A stretch of DNA of 64,000 nt from Acidobacteriota bacterium (GTDB taxonomy: Bacteria > Acidobacteriota > Blastocatellia > HR10), in the NCBI GenBank assembly GCA_030550025.1, contig JAUQQC010000002.1:262058-326057 (forward strand), given 5' to 3'. A program made the position numbers and the translations under genes. Positions 1 to 13,794 of this stretch are shown one piece after another. The notes below the pieces were generated by a model, which saw only the letters and a program-made list of their open reading frames with translations, was not told the DNA's origin and did no database searches. Each line of letters begins with the position of its first letter. The stretch's first letter is position 1.

Positions 1-1
1 G

Positions 2-574
2 TACGGCGAGACGTCGGAGCTGCCGCTTCGCGAATCGCAACCGCCCCGCCCGATCTCTCCCTATGCCGTCTCGAAGCTCGCGGGCGAACAGTATTGCGCG
101 GTCTTCACGAAGCTCTACGGGTTGGAGACCGTGAGCCTACGATATTTCAACGTCTTCGGGCCGCGACAAGATCCTCGGTCGGAGTACGCCGCCGTCATCC
201 CGCGTTTCATCCTCGCAGCGCTGCGAGGAGAGCCCTTGGAGATCCACGGGGATGGACTTCAATCGCGGGATTTCACCTATGTGGAGAACGTCGTGGAGGC
301 GAACCTGCGGGCGGCGACGCAGTCGGGCATCGCTGGCGAAGTGTTCAACATCGGGTGCGGACAGCGATATTCTGTGCTTGAGGTGAAAGGCCATTTGGAG
401 CGGATTCTCGGCCGATCGCTTCCGGCGCGCCATACCTCTCCTCGAAAAGGGGACGTCCGCCATACGCAGGCCGATATGAGTAAAGCTGAAGCGATGCTCG
501 GCTATCGGCCACTGGTCTCCTTTGAGGAGGGATTACGTCGGACGGTGGAGTTTTTCGCCAAGTGTTGGCCGTGA
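2..574 (+). CDS. NAD-dependent epimerase/dehydratase, WbpP/Gne-like UDP-sugar 4-epimerase family (5' partial, runs off window start)
   Basis: In-frame translation from nt 2 gives YAVSKLAGEQY (SDR catalytic YxxxK) followed by LRYFNVFGPRQDP...AVIPRFI...GDG.QSRDFTYVENVV, typical of extended-SDR nucleotide-sugar epimerases; stop at 572-574. Confidence 0.8.
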   Translation, partial: YGETSELPLRESQPPRPISPYAVSKLAGEQYCAVFTKLYGLETVSLRYFNVFGPRQDPRSEYAAVIPRFILAALRGEPLEIHGDGLQSRDFTYVENVVEANLRAATQSGIAGEVFNIGCGQRYSVLEVKGHLERILGRSLPARHTSPRKGDVRHTQADMSKAEAMLGYRPLVSFEEGLRRTVEFFAKCWP

Positions 575-592
575 CCGCGCGCACCTTCTCCA

Positions 593-2104
593 ATGCGTTC
601 CTCTCTGGCTGAGAAGGCCATTCTCGGCGCCCTTGCCCTTGCCCTGGGACAAGCGGCGTCGCTCGCCATTCAATTGGCGAGCAGCGTATTCCTGGCGCGG
701 CGATTGAGTCCGGCGGAGTTGGGGACGTTCGCCATCTTCCTGTTCGTCGTCTCGCTCGCACACGTTCTGAGCGAGTTCGGTCAGGGGATCGTGCTCATCC
801 AGCGTCAGACCGCATTGAGAGAAGACGAGTGGCGCACGTCGTTCACCCTTCAGCTCATCGGTGCTGCCGGTTTGTCGCTTTTGCTGCTTACGCTCGCACC
901 CTCTTTGGCGCGCGCGTTCAATCTCGGAGGGGATTTCGTGCGCGCGCTCGCGTGGGGAGTGCCGATGGTGATGATGGCCCCCGTGGAGCGCATCTCCAAT
1001 GCCGCCTTGGAGCGGGGAATGGCCTATGGAGCGATCAGCGCGATCTCGATCGTGGGTGGGTTGCTGTATGCCGGGGTGGCGGTGAGCTTGGCATGGAACG
1101 GGTTCGGTCTCTGGAGCCTAGTTGGGGGGGCGCTCGTCGCCAGCATCGGGCGCATGCTCATGAGCGCGAGCCTGGCGCGCTGGCCCATCGGCATTGGCCT
1201 CGCGCGCGAATCGCTCATCGCGTTGTGGCGAAGTGGGCTTCCGTGCCAACGCGCCGACCTCTTCGGGTTCCTTCGCGAACACACGCCCCCGCTGATCGCG
1301 GGGCTTGTCTTCAGCCCCACGGTCGTGGGATATCTCGTATGGGCCCGGAACCTCACCTATGTGGGGTATCACATCTTCGCCTCCGCCCTCATGCGCGTGG
1401 GGTTCTCGCTCGTGGCCCGGTTATGCGAATCGGAGGAGACGCGCCGGCCATCCATCGGTCGAGTCCTCGAGGGGATGACGTTGGCCCTGATGAGTGTGAT
1501 GATGCTCCTGCTGACGCTGCTTTTGGGCCTGGCCCATCCCGTGATCGCTGTGGTCTACACGGAGAAGTGGATGCCCGCTCTTCCGGCGCTCTATCTCTTC
1601 GGGATCCGCATGGCCGGCAGCGCGGTGCTTGGGCTTCTCGTCTTCTTCGCGAATGGGGCGGGGCAGTTCTCTCTCGCCTCGCGAAGCGTCGTCCTATGGG
1701 CGACGCTTGAGCTGGGGATAGCCTTCGCGCTGGTGCCGTCTTTGGGCTTTTATGGCATTGCGGCGGCTTCCGCGTTTGCCGTGTGGATTCCCACCTTCTG
1801 GCTCGCGCGGCAGGTGCAGGCGCTTTTGTCCGCGCGCGCCGAGCCCGTGCGCTTTGGGGAAGCCATCGGAAAACCAGTGCTCGTCGGCGGAATCATAGGC
1901 GGCGTCCTGCATGAGGTCAGTCCGCACGTCTCCAATCTGGCGGAGCTGAGCGCAGCGGCTGCGCTTGCGACGGCGACCTACGCGCTCGCTCTCTGGGGAT
2001 GGAGCGACACGCTTCGGCAACTCGTTCGGAAGCTGTGGATGCGATGGTGGAATTCGACGAAGGCCTTCTCACCGGCGGTGCCTCGCAACACGTCCATGCG
2101 GTGA
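593..2104 (+). CDS. Polysaccharide biosynthesis protein, Wzx-like flippase (MOP superfamily), polytopic membrane protein
   Basis: 503 aa, ~12-14 hydrophobic segments, architecture typical of Wzx/O-unit flippases; lies inside a glycosyltransferase cluster. Confidence 0.7.
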   Translation: MRSSLAEKAILGALALALGQAASLAIQLASSVFLARRLSPAELGTFAIFLFVVSLAHVLSEFGQGIVLIQRQTALREDEWRTSFTLQLIGAAGLSLLLLTLAPSLARAFNLGGDFVRALAWGVPMVMMAPVERISNAALERGMAYGAISAISIVGGLLYAGVAVSLAWNGFGLWSLVGGALVASIGRMLMSASLARWPIGIGLARESLIALWRSGLPCQRADLFGFLREHTPPLIAGLVFSPTVVGYLVWARNLTYVGYHIFASALMRVGFSLVARLCESEETRRPSIGRVLEGMTLALMSVMMLLLTLLLGLAHPVIAVVYTEKWMPALPALYLFGIRMAGSAVLGLLVFFANGAGQFSLASRSVVLWATLELGIAFALVPSLGFYGIAAASAFAVWIPTFWLARQVQALLSARAEPVRFGEAIGKPVLVGGIIGGVLHEVSPHVSNLAELSAAAALATATYALALWGWSDTLRQLVRKLWMRWWNSTKAFSPAVPRNTSMR

Positions 2105-3153
2105 GTGAAGAGCGGCCAGCACATTCAGAGGCCGCGGTGCTCATCACGACATGTCGTCGGCCGGCCTATCTGGAGCGCTGTCTGCGCTCCCTCCTTCGGC
2201 AGACTCATCTCCCGCGCTGCATCGTGGTTGTCGTGCGGGACGACGATGAGGCGTCCATCGCCTTCGTACAGCGCTTTCAAGACGAGGTGCTCGGCGTGCC
2301 GAAAGAGGGACGCGCTCTTTCGAGGGCGCTGGTGGAAATTCAGATGGTGCGCGTCACCCTCCCCGGTCCAGTCTGGGCCTTCAAGCGAGGGCTGGAGGCG
2401 CTGCGCGCGCGAGAAGACGTAAGGCTGGTCTTCATCATAGATGATGATGCGGAGGCGGAACCGGAGTGGATCGAGCGCGGGAGTCGCCATTTCGCCGATC
2501 CGGCGGTGGGGATCGTCGCCGGTCGAATCCTCCCATACAAGAGCGGCCATTTTGTGAACTCGCCTCCGGTGAGACGCGTAGGGGTCCTCACCTGGTATGG
2601 CCGATATATCGGAGGATTTGACCGAGCCGGGGAGGTGCGCGCACCGGTGCCGGTCGCCGGATTCCAAGGAGGCAATGCGATCATCCGGCGAGAAGTCCTC
2701 GAGCGCGTAGGTGTGGATCCCGGCTTCATCGGTTACGGCATTCAGTTCGAGCTGGACATCGCTTTTCAAGTCCGGCGGCTCGGATACCGCATCCTCTTCG
2801 ATCCGGAATGTCGCGTCTATCATTTTGAAGCGCCACGCGCCGCTGACGTGCAAGCGCGCGAAGACCTCGGGCAACTCATCTACACCTACAGCCACAACCA
2901 CACCTATCTCATGTTGAAACATCTCCCACCCCTCGGAAAGCTTGCTTTTCTGCTCTACTTCTTCGTGCGGGGAGAGCGTCGGTCGTTGGGACTATTAACG
3001 GCCCTGTGGGAAGCCCTGCGCGGTCCTCGCCGATCGCTGGGCGAGGCGCTTCGTCTTTCGTTGGCGGGAAAGTGGCGGGGCTTGCAGACCTATTGGCGGT
3101 GGCGCATGGCTAGACGTCACTCCAATGACGGGAGCGCAGCATGTACCGGGTGA
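2101..3153 (+). CDS. Glycosyltransferase family 2
   Basis: LITTCRRPAYLERCLRSLLRQT plus D-rich motif (VVVVRDDDE, FIIDDDAE) typical of GT2; GTG start at 2101 overlaps the preceding stop (GTGA); the ORF-track start at 1999 lies inside the flippase. Confidence 0.7.
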   Translation: MSEERPAHSEAAVLITTCRRPAYLERCLRSLLRQTHLPRCIVVVVRDDDEASIAFVQRFQDEVLGVPKEGRALSRALVEIQMVRVTLPGPVWAFKRGLEALRAREDVRLVFIIDDDAEAEPEWIERGSRHFADPAVGIVAGRILPYKSGHFVNSPPVRRVGVLTWYGRYIGGFDRAGEVRAPVPVAGFQGGNAIIRREVLERVGVDPGFIGYGIQFELDIAFQVRRLGYRILFDPECRVYHFEAPRAADVQAREDLGQLIYTYSHNHTYLMLKHLPPLGKLAFLLYFFVRGERRSLGLLTALWEALRGPRRSLGEALRLSLAGKWRGLQTYWRWRMARRHSNDGSAACTG

Positions 3154-4763
3154 CGTCCCATCAGGGCTTCACGATGAGAGCTTCGGCGATGACCTTCGCC
3201 GTCGCCGTGTTCGTGGGATTCGGTTTGGCGCACCTTTTGCTTCAATCCGATTGGCGAACGATGGTCGTCGTCTTCGTCTTCGCTGGTGCCGGGGTGGTGG
3301 GCCTTCAGATTCTGAGAGATTGGCGATTCGGCATCTTGAGCTTCTTCGCTTGGATCGTCGTGGAGGATTTGATCCGCAAGTACCTGGGGAACCGCATCCT
3401 CTTGTACGGGGCGAAAGATGCGTTGATCCTACTGACCTATGTGAGCTTCCTCTTCGCTCGCATGAGGAGTTGGCGTGTCGAGGAATTTCAAAATCCGATT
3501 CGCACGCCCCTTATCGCCTTGGTCGCGCTGGCGGTGGCCGAATGTTTCAATCCGCAGATCGAGCATCCGCTCATCCCGGTCATCGGGATGCGCATGTATT
3601 TCCTCTATATCCCGTTGTTGTATCTCGGCTACGCGTATTTCGACTCCGAAGAACGAGTGCGCCGCTTCCTGCTGTTCGCGCTCATTCTCGGCGGGGGAGT
3701 TGCGGCGCTCGGCGTGCTTCAGGCGCTGGTGGGGTTGGACCTCTTGAACCCAGAGGGGTTCGTCCCCGGACTCCGGTTGGAATTGATTCGCGTGGCTCCG
3801 GAGAGTCAGATGTTCATCCCTCGGCCGACGTCGGTCTTCGTAGATGCTGGGCGGTTCGCGCAATATTTGTTCATCCTGTTCTTCCTCGGGCTGGGGGCGC
3901 TCTCGTATTGGCAAGGGCTGCAACGCGACGAGGAGCGAGCATGGAAGGGAGGGCCAAGACGGGGGATTCGCGTGCTCGCGCGTCGCGCGCTGTCGGCGCA
4001 TCGTCGCCAAGAGCGGATCTTGTGGCTCGCGTTCGTGCTCATTGGGGCTGGGCTCATTGTGAGCGCGCAGCGCGCGGCGCTTCTCCTTGTCGGCGCGGCG
4101 CTCCTCATCCTCGCTCTGAGGGCTGGGCGAGATCGACTCGCCGCGTGGATCGCTCGGTTTCGGAAGCCTTCGTTTCCCATCGGGAGAATTAGTGGAGGGA
4201 TCGCTCTGGTGCTTCTTGGGCTCGCGCTGGTTCGCCCGGAGCGCCTCATCGCCCTCTATCGGTTCTGCGTCGAGACGCTCTCGCCTATCGCCCGGGAGAC
4301 GGAGATGAGCTGGCGCCCCAAGGCCTATTGGCGCGATATTCTCTTCGCCGTGCAGGAATCACGCGTCTTCGGGCATGGCACGGGGACGGCTTCGCTTGGC
4401 CTGCAGTATCTCTACGGCTTGGACTACTTCTATCAAGGGGAGACGGGATCCATCTATCGTGTGGAGGGGGGGTACGCCTCCGTCATCTGGGAGTGGGGGT
4501 GGGTCGGGGCCGCGTTCTGGCTGTGGTGGACGGTGGTTCTGGTTTTCGCTGCTGCGCGTACGGCATGGCGGCTCAATGGATCTCGATTCTTCGGACTCGC
4601 GGCCACACTGGCGCTTTTTCTCGCGCTGTTGCACTTCCCCTATTTCTTCTTGGGGCTGCCCGTGTATCAAAACTACGTGAACAACGCCTACCATTGGTTC
4701 CTGTGCGGTCTGCTCTTTCGGCTGCCGAAGATCGCGGGAGAAGCCGACGCGCATGCGGCGTGA
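3141..4763 (+). CDS. O-antigen ligase/polymerase-like (Wzy/WaaL family) integral membrane protein
   Basis: 540 aa polytopic membrane protein with a large loop region, placed between Wzx and GT4 genes; the family assignment rests on architecture and context. Confidence 0.55.
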   Translation: MYRVTSHQGFTMRASAMTFAVAVFVGFGLAHLLLQSDWRTMVVVFVFAGAGVVGLQILRDWRFGILSFFAWIVVEDLIRKYLGNRILLYGAKDALILLTYVSFLFARMRSWRVEEFQNPIRTPLIALVALAVAECFNPQIEHPLIPVIGMRMYFLYIPLLYLGYAYFDSEERVRRFLLFALILGGGVAALGVLQALVGLDLLNPEGFVPGLRLELIRVAPESQMFIPRPTSVFVDAGRFAQYLFILFFLGLGALSYWQGLQRDEERAWKGGPRRGIRVLARRALSAHRRQERILWLAFVLIGAGLIVSAQRAALLLVGAALLILALRAGRDRLAAWIARFRKPSFPIGRISGGIALVLLGLALVRPERLIALYRFCVETLSPIARETEMSWRPKAYWRDILFAVQESRVFGHGTGTASLGLQYLYGLDYFYQGETGSIYRVEGGYASVIWEWGWVGAAFWLWWTVVLVFAAARTAWRLNGSRFFGLAATLALFLALLHFPYFFLGLPVYQNYVNNAYHWFLCGLLFRLPKIAGEADAHAA

Positions 4764-4774
4764 GGGGGACGAGG

Positions 4775-5935
4775 GTGGCTGCCTCTCGCATCCTTGTGCT
4801 CGCCACAGATGCGCACACGCGCGGGGGGATTCAGCGGTGCACCCATTTGCTCTGGGAGAGCCTCTGCGAGCTGTTGGGGCCTGAAGCGGTGCGCGTGCGC
4901 TTTCTCTGGAAGAGCGCTTCTCCGCCCGATGTGTGGGAGAAAGGGGCGTTCGCCCTCTCCACGCTCCTTGACGGATGGCGGTTTCGACCGACGGCGATCG
5001 CGTGCACACATGTGGGGATTGCGCGCGTCGCCGCCGTAATGAAGGCGGCTTTCGGCATTCCGTACTTCGTCCTCGCGCACGGCGACGAAGTGTGGGGGGC
5101 GGCCCCTTCGTATGCCCTGCGCGGAGCGGATGCGATCCTCAGCGTCAGTCGGTTCACCGCCGATCGGCTCCTCAGTCGGCATCGCGTACGCGCGGAGAAG
5201 ATTCGGCTCCTTCCGCCTGCGCTCGATCCACGGCTTTTGCATTCGTCCGTTCTCCCGGAGCGCGTGATCGAGCGTCATGGGCTCCACGGCAAACGCGTGC
5301 TGCTGACGGTCGGTCGTCTGACGCGTGCGGGAAGCTATAAAGGCTACGACACCGTGATTTGCGCGCTCGCGCTCATTCGACGCGTCATGCCGGAGGTCGC
5401 CTACGTGATCGTCGGCGAGGGGGACGATCGCCCGCGATTGGAGGAATTGGCGCGCGAGTTGCGGGTGGATACGGCCGTGCATTTCGCCGGCGAGGTGGAC
5501 GACGCGTGGCTGCCGGCGTATTATCGCAGTTGCGATCTGTTCGTGATGCCGAGTCGAGTGCGGCTTGTGGATCCCTGCGAGGGCGAAGGGTTCGGGATCG
5601 TCTATCTCGAAGCGGCAGCTTTTGGCAAACCTGCGATCGCCGGTCGCGAGGGGGGGAGCGCCGAAGCTGTCCTCGATGGCGTGACCGGCGTGCTCGTTGA
5701 TCCCTCTGATCCGGAGGAGATCGCGCGCGCGGCTCTGGAGCTTTTACGGGACGAGGCTTGGCGTCGGCGGCTCGGCGCGCAGGCGCGCGAGCGTGCCTGG
5801 CGCGAGTTCGCGCCCGAACGGTTTCGGCGGAAGCTGGCGGCGATCTTAGGCGAGCTCGGGCTTCTTGATTCCGAGTGGAAGCCCCCCGAGGCGTCAGGCG
5901 AGCATTCACTCGCGCGACGACGATGCGAATTTTGA
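4775..5935 (+). CDS. Glycosyltransferase family 4
   Basis: EGFGIVYLEAAAFGKPAIAGREGGSAEAVLDGVTGVLVDP (GT4 E-X7-E region); GTG start at 4775 preceded by GGGGGACGAGG; the upstream part of ORF 4328.. overlaps the Wzy-like gene and is rejected. Confidence 0.75.
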   Translation: MAASRILVLATDAHTRGGIQRCTHLLWESLCELLGPEAVRVRFLWKSASPPDVWEKGAFALSTLLDGWRFRPTAIACTHVGIARVAAVMKAAFGIPYFVLAHGDEVWGAAPSYALRGADAILSVSRFTADRLLSRHRVRAEKIRLLPPALDPRLLHSSVLPERVIERHGLHGKRVLLTVGRLTRAGSYKGYDTVICALALIRRVMPEVAYVIVGEGDDRPRLEELARELRVDTAVHFAGEVDDAWLPAYYRSCDLFVMPSRVRLVDPCEGEGFGIVYLEAAAFGKPAIAGREGGSAEAVLDGVTGVLVDPSDPEEIARAALELLRDEAWRRRLGAQARERAWREFAPERFRRKLAAILGELGLLDSEWKPPEASGEHSLARRRCEF

Positions 5936-7124
5936 AGGTCACGCGCTGCTTCCCTCCGGCCCTGGCCGGCGGTGGCATGAGTCGAACGGTTTGGCAGATC
6001 GCTCGCGAGTTGGTGCGCCGAGGACATGAGGTGACCGTCTACACTTCGAACGTGTTGGATCCCACGCGTCGGTTGTCGGATCGCACGCTCGTGGTCGAGG
6101 AAGAGGGGATTCGGGTCGTGTACTTCCACACGGTCGTGCGCTACCGATGGGATGGCGTACAACCGGAGGTCTTTCGATACCTGGGTGAGTTGAGACGGTT
6201 CGATCTCCTTCATGTCTATGGCATTCGGGATTTCCTCTCGACCGTCGTATGTAGAGCGGCTCGGCGCTTTGGTCTCCCGTACGTCGTCGAGCCGATGGGG
6301 ATGCTCCTCCCCATTGGTCGAAGCGTGTGGAAGAAGCGGGCGTATGATCGGCTCTTCGGGCGTCGGCTTCTCGGACGGGCGGCGCGTGTGGTCGTGACTT
6401 CAGAGCAAGAGGCTGGAGAGGCCGTCGCCTGGGGCGTTCCTCGGGAGAAGCTCATTGTGCGCCGGAACGGACTCGATCTCTCGGAGTTCGATCCGTTGCC
6501 GCCACGTGGCACATTTCGCGTGCGCTGGGGGATCGGAGACGACGAACGCGTGGTCCTTTATCTGGGACGGCTCGCAGTGAAGAAAAACGTTCCCCTTTTG
6601 ATTGAGGCCTTTGGCGAGGTGCGACCGCCGAACGCCCGACTCCTGATCATCGGGCCGGACGAAGACGATGGGACGCGCCAGGCGATCGAACGCGCGATCG
6701 CTCGGAATCGGCTTGAGAATTCCGTTCGCGTCCTGGATCCGCTGTATGGCCGCGAACGCGTGAGCGCGCTCGTGGATGCCGATGTGTTCGTCCTCCCTTC
6801 GATGCATGAGAATTTCGGCAACGCCGTCGCCGAGGCGCTCGCCTGCGGGACGCCCGTCATCGTGACGACTCGGTGCGGCGTAGCGCCTTTGGTCGAAGGG
6901 CGCGCTGGGCTTGTGGTCGAGCCGGAGAAGGGCGCGCTGAAGGACGCTTTGCAGCGCTTGCTGGAGGACGACGCGCTGCGCCAACGATTCGCCGAGCAAG
7001 CGTTCCGGCTGCGCGAGGAGCTTTCGTGGAGCGAGCCGATCGAGCAGCTGCTGCGCCTCTATACCGAGATCGTCCGCCGGACGCCGAGGGAGCCAGAGGC
7101 GATTTGGGAGGAGGAACACTTTCG

Positions 7125-7146
<22 letters not shown>
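5923..7146 (+). CDS. Glycosyltransferase family 4
   Basis: MRILKVTRCFPPALAGGGMSRTVWQIAREL N-terminus and C-terminal LPSMHENFGNAVAEALACGTPVIVT motif; start 5923 overlaps the previous stop. Confidence 0.8.
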
Positions 7147-11049
<3,903 letters not shown>

Positions 11050-11053
<4 letters not shown>

Positions 11054-12234
11054 CGACGGTCCCGAACGCTTTGCCGAGGGATCGCCAAGTGAGCCGGGAT
11101 TCGCTGCACATCCTCCTGAATGCGACGCTCGAAGAGCTGCAAGGGAGTGGCGGCGACATCATGGTCTATCGGAACTGGATGCACCTGGGCGACGAACGTC
11201 TCGTCTTCCAAACGCTCCCCTCCTCTTGGAGGCGGCGAGCGCAGGTCTTCTTGCGAAAAGCGTGCGAGAAGCTCGCGCACGTGTGGGAGCCGACGAGCCT
11301 CCGGCGCGCCCTCTTGGTGTCTGCGCGGCTCCTCTATCTCCCTCGCCGCGCTGTGGGCGGAGCCGATCTCATTCTCTCGCACATCTGCTTTCCATTTCCA
11401 CTTCCGCGCATCCCGGTAGTCTGGAGTTCGCAGGGGCTCTCTCCGGCTGCGTACTATGAGCGCTGCGGACCATGGTCGCTCGAGGACGTTCTCTTCCTCT
11501 ATCGCGTTCTCGGTCCCAGAGCGCAGGCTTTGCTGATCGCGACGGCATCCGGAGCACGAAGTCTCCTACAGTGGTGTCCGGAGCTGGAGGAAAAAGTTCA
11601 TGTCGTTCCGGCTCCCGTCCTGGTCCCCTCAACTGCTCCTGATGTCAAGCCTTCGCAGCAGGACGGGGTCGTTCGGTTGCTTTTCGTCGGACTCGATCCC
11701 ACGCTCAAGGGATTACCAGAGTTGCTTCAGGCGTATGTATGGTTGAGGCGAAGACATTCGCACCTTCGGCTTGAGGTCGTGACGCGCGTCTCCAAGAGAT
11801 GGCAGCGGCTTGGGGGGATGGAGGGTTCGCCGAACGCCTTGGGGATTCGGCTTCATCCCCCACTTCCTCATGAACGGGTGTTCGAGCTGATGCGGGAGGC
11901 CGACATTTTCGTGTCGCCCACGCATGCGGATACATATGCTATTGCGGCCGTCGAGGCGATGGCTCATCGGTGTGCCATCGTCATCTCGAACTTCGATCCA
12001 CTGCCCGAGCTATTCCCCAATGCCGAAGTCGGGTTCCTCATCGCACCCGGAGATGTCCGCGGGTTGATCGAGCGGCTCGAAAGCTTGATCGCCAATCTCG
12101 ATCTGCTCCGGCGATTTCAGGAGAACGCGCGAAGTCGGTATCTCGCCGTTCACGATCCGGTGAGGATCCGAAGGAAGTTGGAGGAAGTCTTCGAGCGCGT
12201 GCGAGCCGATGCTCGCCGCAGTTGGCGCTGTTGA
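11050..12234 (+). CDS. Glycosyltransferase, GT4-like with a divergent N-terminal domain
   Basis: C-terminal half (LLFVGLDPTLKGLPELLQAY...ADIFVSPTHADTYAIAAVEAMAHRCAIVISN...GFLIAPGD) resembles the GT-B nucleotide-binding domain; GTGA overlap with the upstream gene; the start is uncertain. Confidence 0.5.
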
Positions 12235-12377
12235 TTGGCAGGCGGAGAGCGGTTCGGTCCTCTTCCGGAATGGGGCATGCGATCCCCATGAGGGAGAGAT
12301 CCGGCACATGCCCGATTGCCGGTGCTTCGACGGTGTGCTACCCTTCAACCCACTTTGACTGAGGAGGAAGCGCGAAT

Positions 12378-13391
12378 ATGCGATGCTTGGTCACAGGAGG
12401 AGCGGGGTTCATCGGTTCTCATCTGGCTGAAGAGCTGTTGCGTGCAGGCCATGCGGTGACCGTCGTGGATGATCTCTCGACCGGGAGCATCGAGAACATC
12501 GAGCCATTGACGTCGGAGGTCCGGTTTCGATACGTCATCGACACGATCTTGAATCGTCGGCTCATGGCGGAGCTGGTGGATTGGGCAGACATCATCTTTC
12601 ATCTGGCGGCGGTGGTGGGGGTGAAGCTGGTCGTCGAAGATCCCGTTCGGGCGATCCGGACGAACGTGCGCGCGACGGAGATCATCTTGGAGCTGGCCGC
12701 GCCGAAAAGAAAAAAGGTGGTCTTCACCTCGACGAGCGAGGTGTACGGTAAGACTTCACGAGTGCCATTTCGGGAGGATGATGATTTGGTCTTAGGGGCA
12801 CCCTGGCGTTCCCGGTGGGGGTACGCCTGCTCGAAAGCCCTGGGGGAATTTCTCGCCTTGGCGTATTGGCGGGAGTATGGGGTGCCGGTTGTGATCGCGC
12901 GCTTGTTCAACACGGTTGGACCGCGGCAGACGAACCGCTATGGAATGGTCATCCCGACGTTCGTCTGCCAAGCACTGCGAGGGGAGCCGATCACCGTGTA
13001 TGGGGATGGGCAGCAGACGCGGAGCTTCTGCTGGGTGGGGGATACGGTGAGGGCGCTCGTGGCCTTGGCCGAACATCCGGGCGCCGTGGGCCAAATCTTC
13101 AACGTCGGCAGCGATGAGGAAGTACGAATCGTGGACGTCGCCCATCAAGTGAAGGCTTTGACCGGAAGCGTTTCCCCCATCGTCTTCATCCCTTATGACC
13201 GTGCCTACGGCGATGACTTTGAGGATATGCGACGGCGCGTGCCCGATCTGACGAAGATTCGGGCCCTGATCGGATATCGGCCGACGGTTCGATTGGAGGA
13301 GATCTTAAGGCAGGTGATCCTGTATTATCGCTCGTCCGAGTGCCAGTCGAAGCTAGACTCTCCAACGGCGATGTCTTTCTCGGGCTTCTGA
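12378..13391 (+). CDS. NAD-dependent epimerase/dehydratase (nucleotide-sugar epimerase/decarboxylase family)
   Basis: MRCLVTGGAGFIGSHLAEELL (GxxGxxG), YACSKALGE (YxxxK), 337 aa; RBS GAGGAGGAAG upstream. Confidence 0.85.
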   Translation: MRCLVTGGAGFIGSHLAEELLRAGHAVTVVDDLSTGSIENIEPLTSEVRFRYVIDTILNRRLMAELVDWADIIFHLAAVVGVKLVVEDPVRAIRTNVRATEIILELAAPKRKKVVFTSTSEVYGKTSRVPFREDDDLVLGAPWRSRWGYACSKALGEFLALAYWREYGVPVVIARLFNTVGPRQTNRYGMVIPTFVCQALRGEPITVYGDGQQTRSFCWVGDTVRALVALAEHPGAVGQIFNVGSDEEVRIVDVAHQVKALTGSVSPIVFIPYDRAYGDDFEDMRRRVPDLTKIRALIGYRPTVRLEEILRQVILYYRSSECQSKLDSPTAMSFSGF

Positions 13392-13794
13392 AGGCCTTTT
13401 GGCCTGACGCTTCCACGTATAGAGCACATTCCACGGGAAATTGGGGCGTGTGGGAGATTGGCCCATTCTTTGGAGGCATTGGGGGAGAAGTGTCGGGTAC
13501 CGTATAATCTGGGGCGAAGAGAGCAGGAGTTTGGGCGTCGTGTGGTGGAGGTTGTGGGGCTGCATGAATCAGGCGATGCGGAGGAAGCCGGTCCGGATCG
13601 AGCAATGCCGAGCGGCGGGACGATCGAAGCGGCATTTTATGCCTTTTGAGTATTCGCGATAACGGGAGTGCCACATGGTGGTGCAACTGCGGGAAGCGAC
13701 CCTGCAATGTGGCGGAATATCACCGCATGGTCCAGGTGGGCTTCTTTCATGAGGATGACCGGATCGAACTTAGGTGTGGGGATGGAAGAGAGCG

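Noticed and set aside
829-1710. 293-aa alternative-frame ORF inside the Wzx flippase gene (and similar 3125..4192, 4359..5009, 5385..5978 ORFs)
   Set aside because: Overlapping out-of-frame ORFs with low-complexity Arg/Gly/Ala-rich products. The membrane-protein frames have coherent TM periodicity.
4328-4774. Upstream 149 codons of ORF 4328..5935 (GT4) overlapping the Wzy-like gene
   Set aside because: Overlaps the preceding gene by 435 nt in another frame. GTG at 4775 with an upstream GGGGGACGAGG gives a normal-length GT4.
6873-7124. 84-aa Arg/Ala-rich N-terminal extension of the carbamoyltransferase ORF
   Set aside because: Lies within the preceding GT4 coding region. The conserved Carbam_trans N-terminus begins at MAVILGVNAYHG with a perfect RBS.
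12260-12300. Hairpin ATGGGG-catgcgat-CCCCAT upstream of the second epimerase
   Set aside because: Short stem with no U-run. No evidence of a terminator or riboswitch function; likely incidental.
13392-13794. glmS ribozyme upstream of glmS
   Set aside because: I could not identify the conserved ribozyme core (P1/P2 pseudoknot, GlcN6P-binding nucleotides) by eye. Retained only as a 'long leader' finding needing an Rfam scan.
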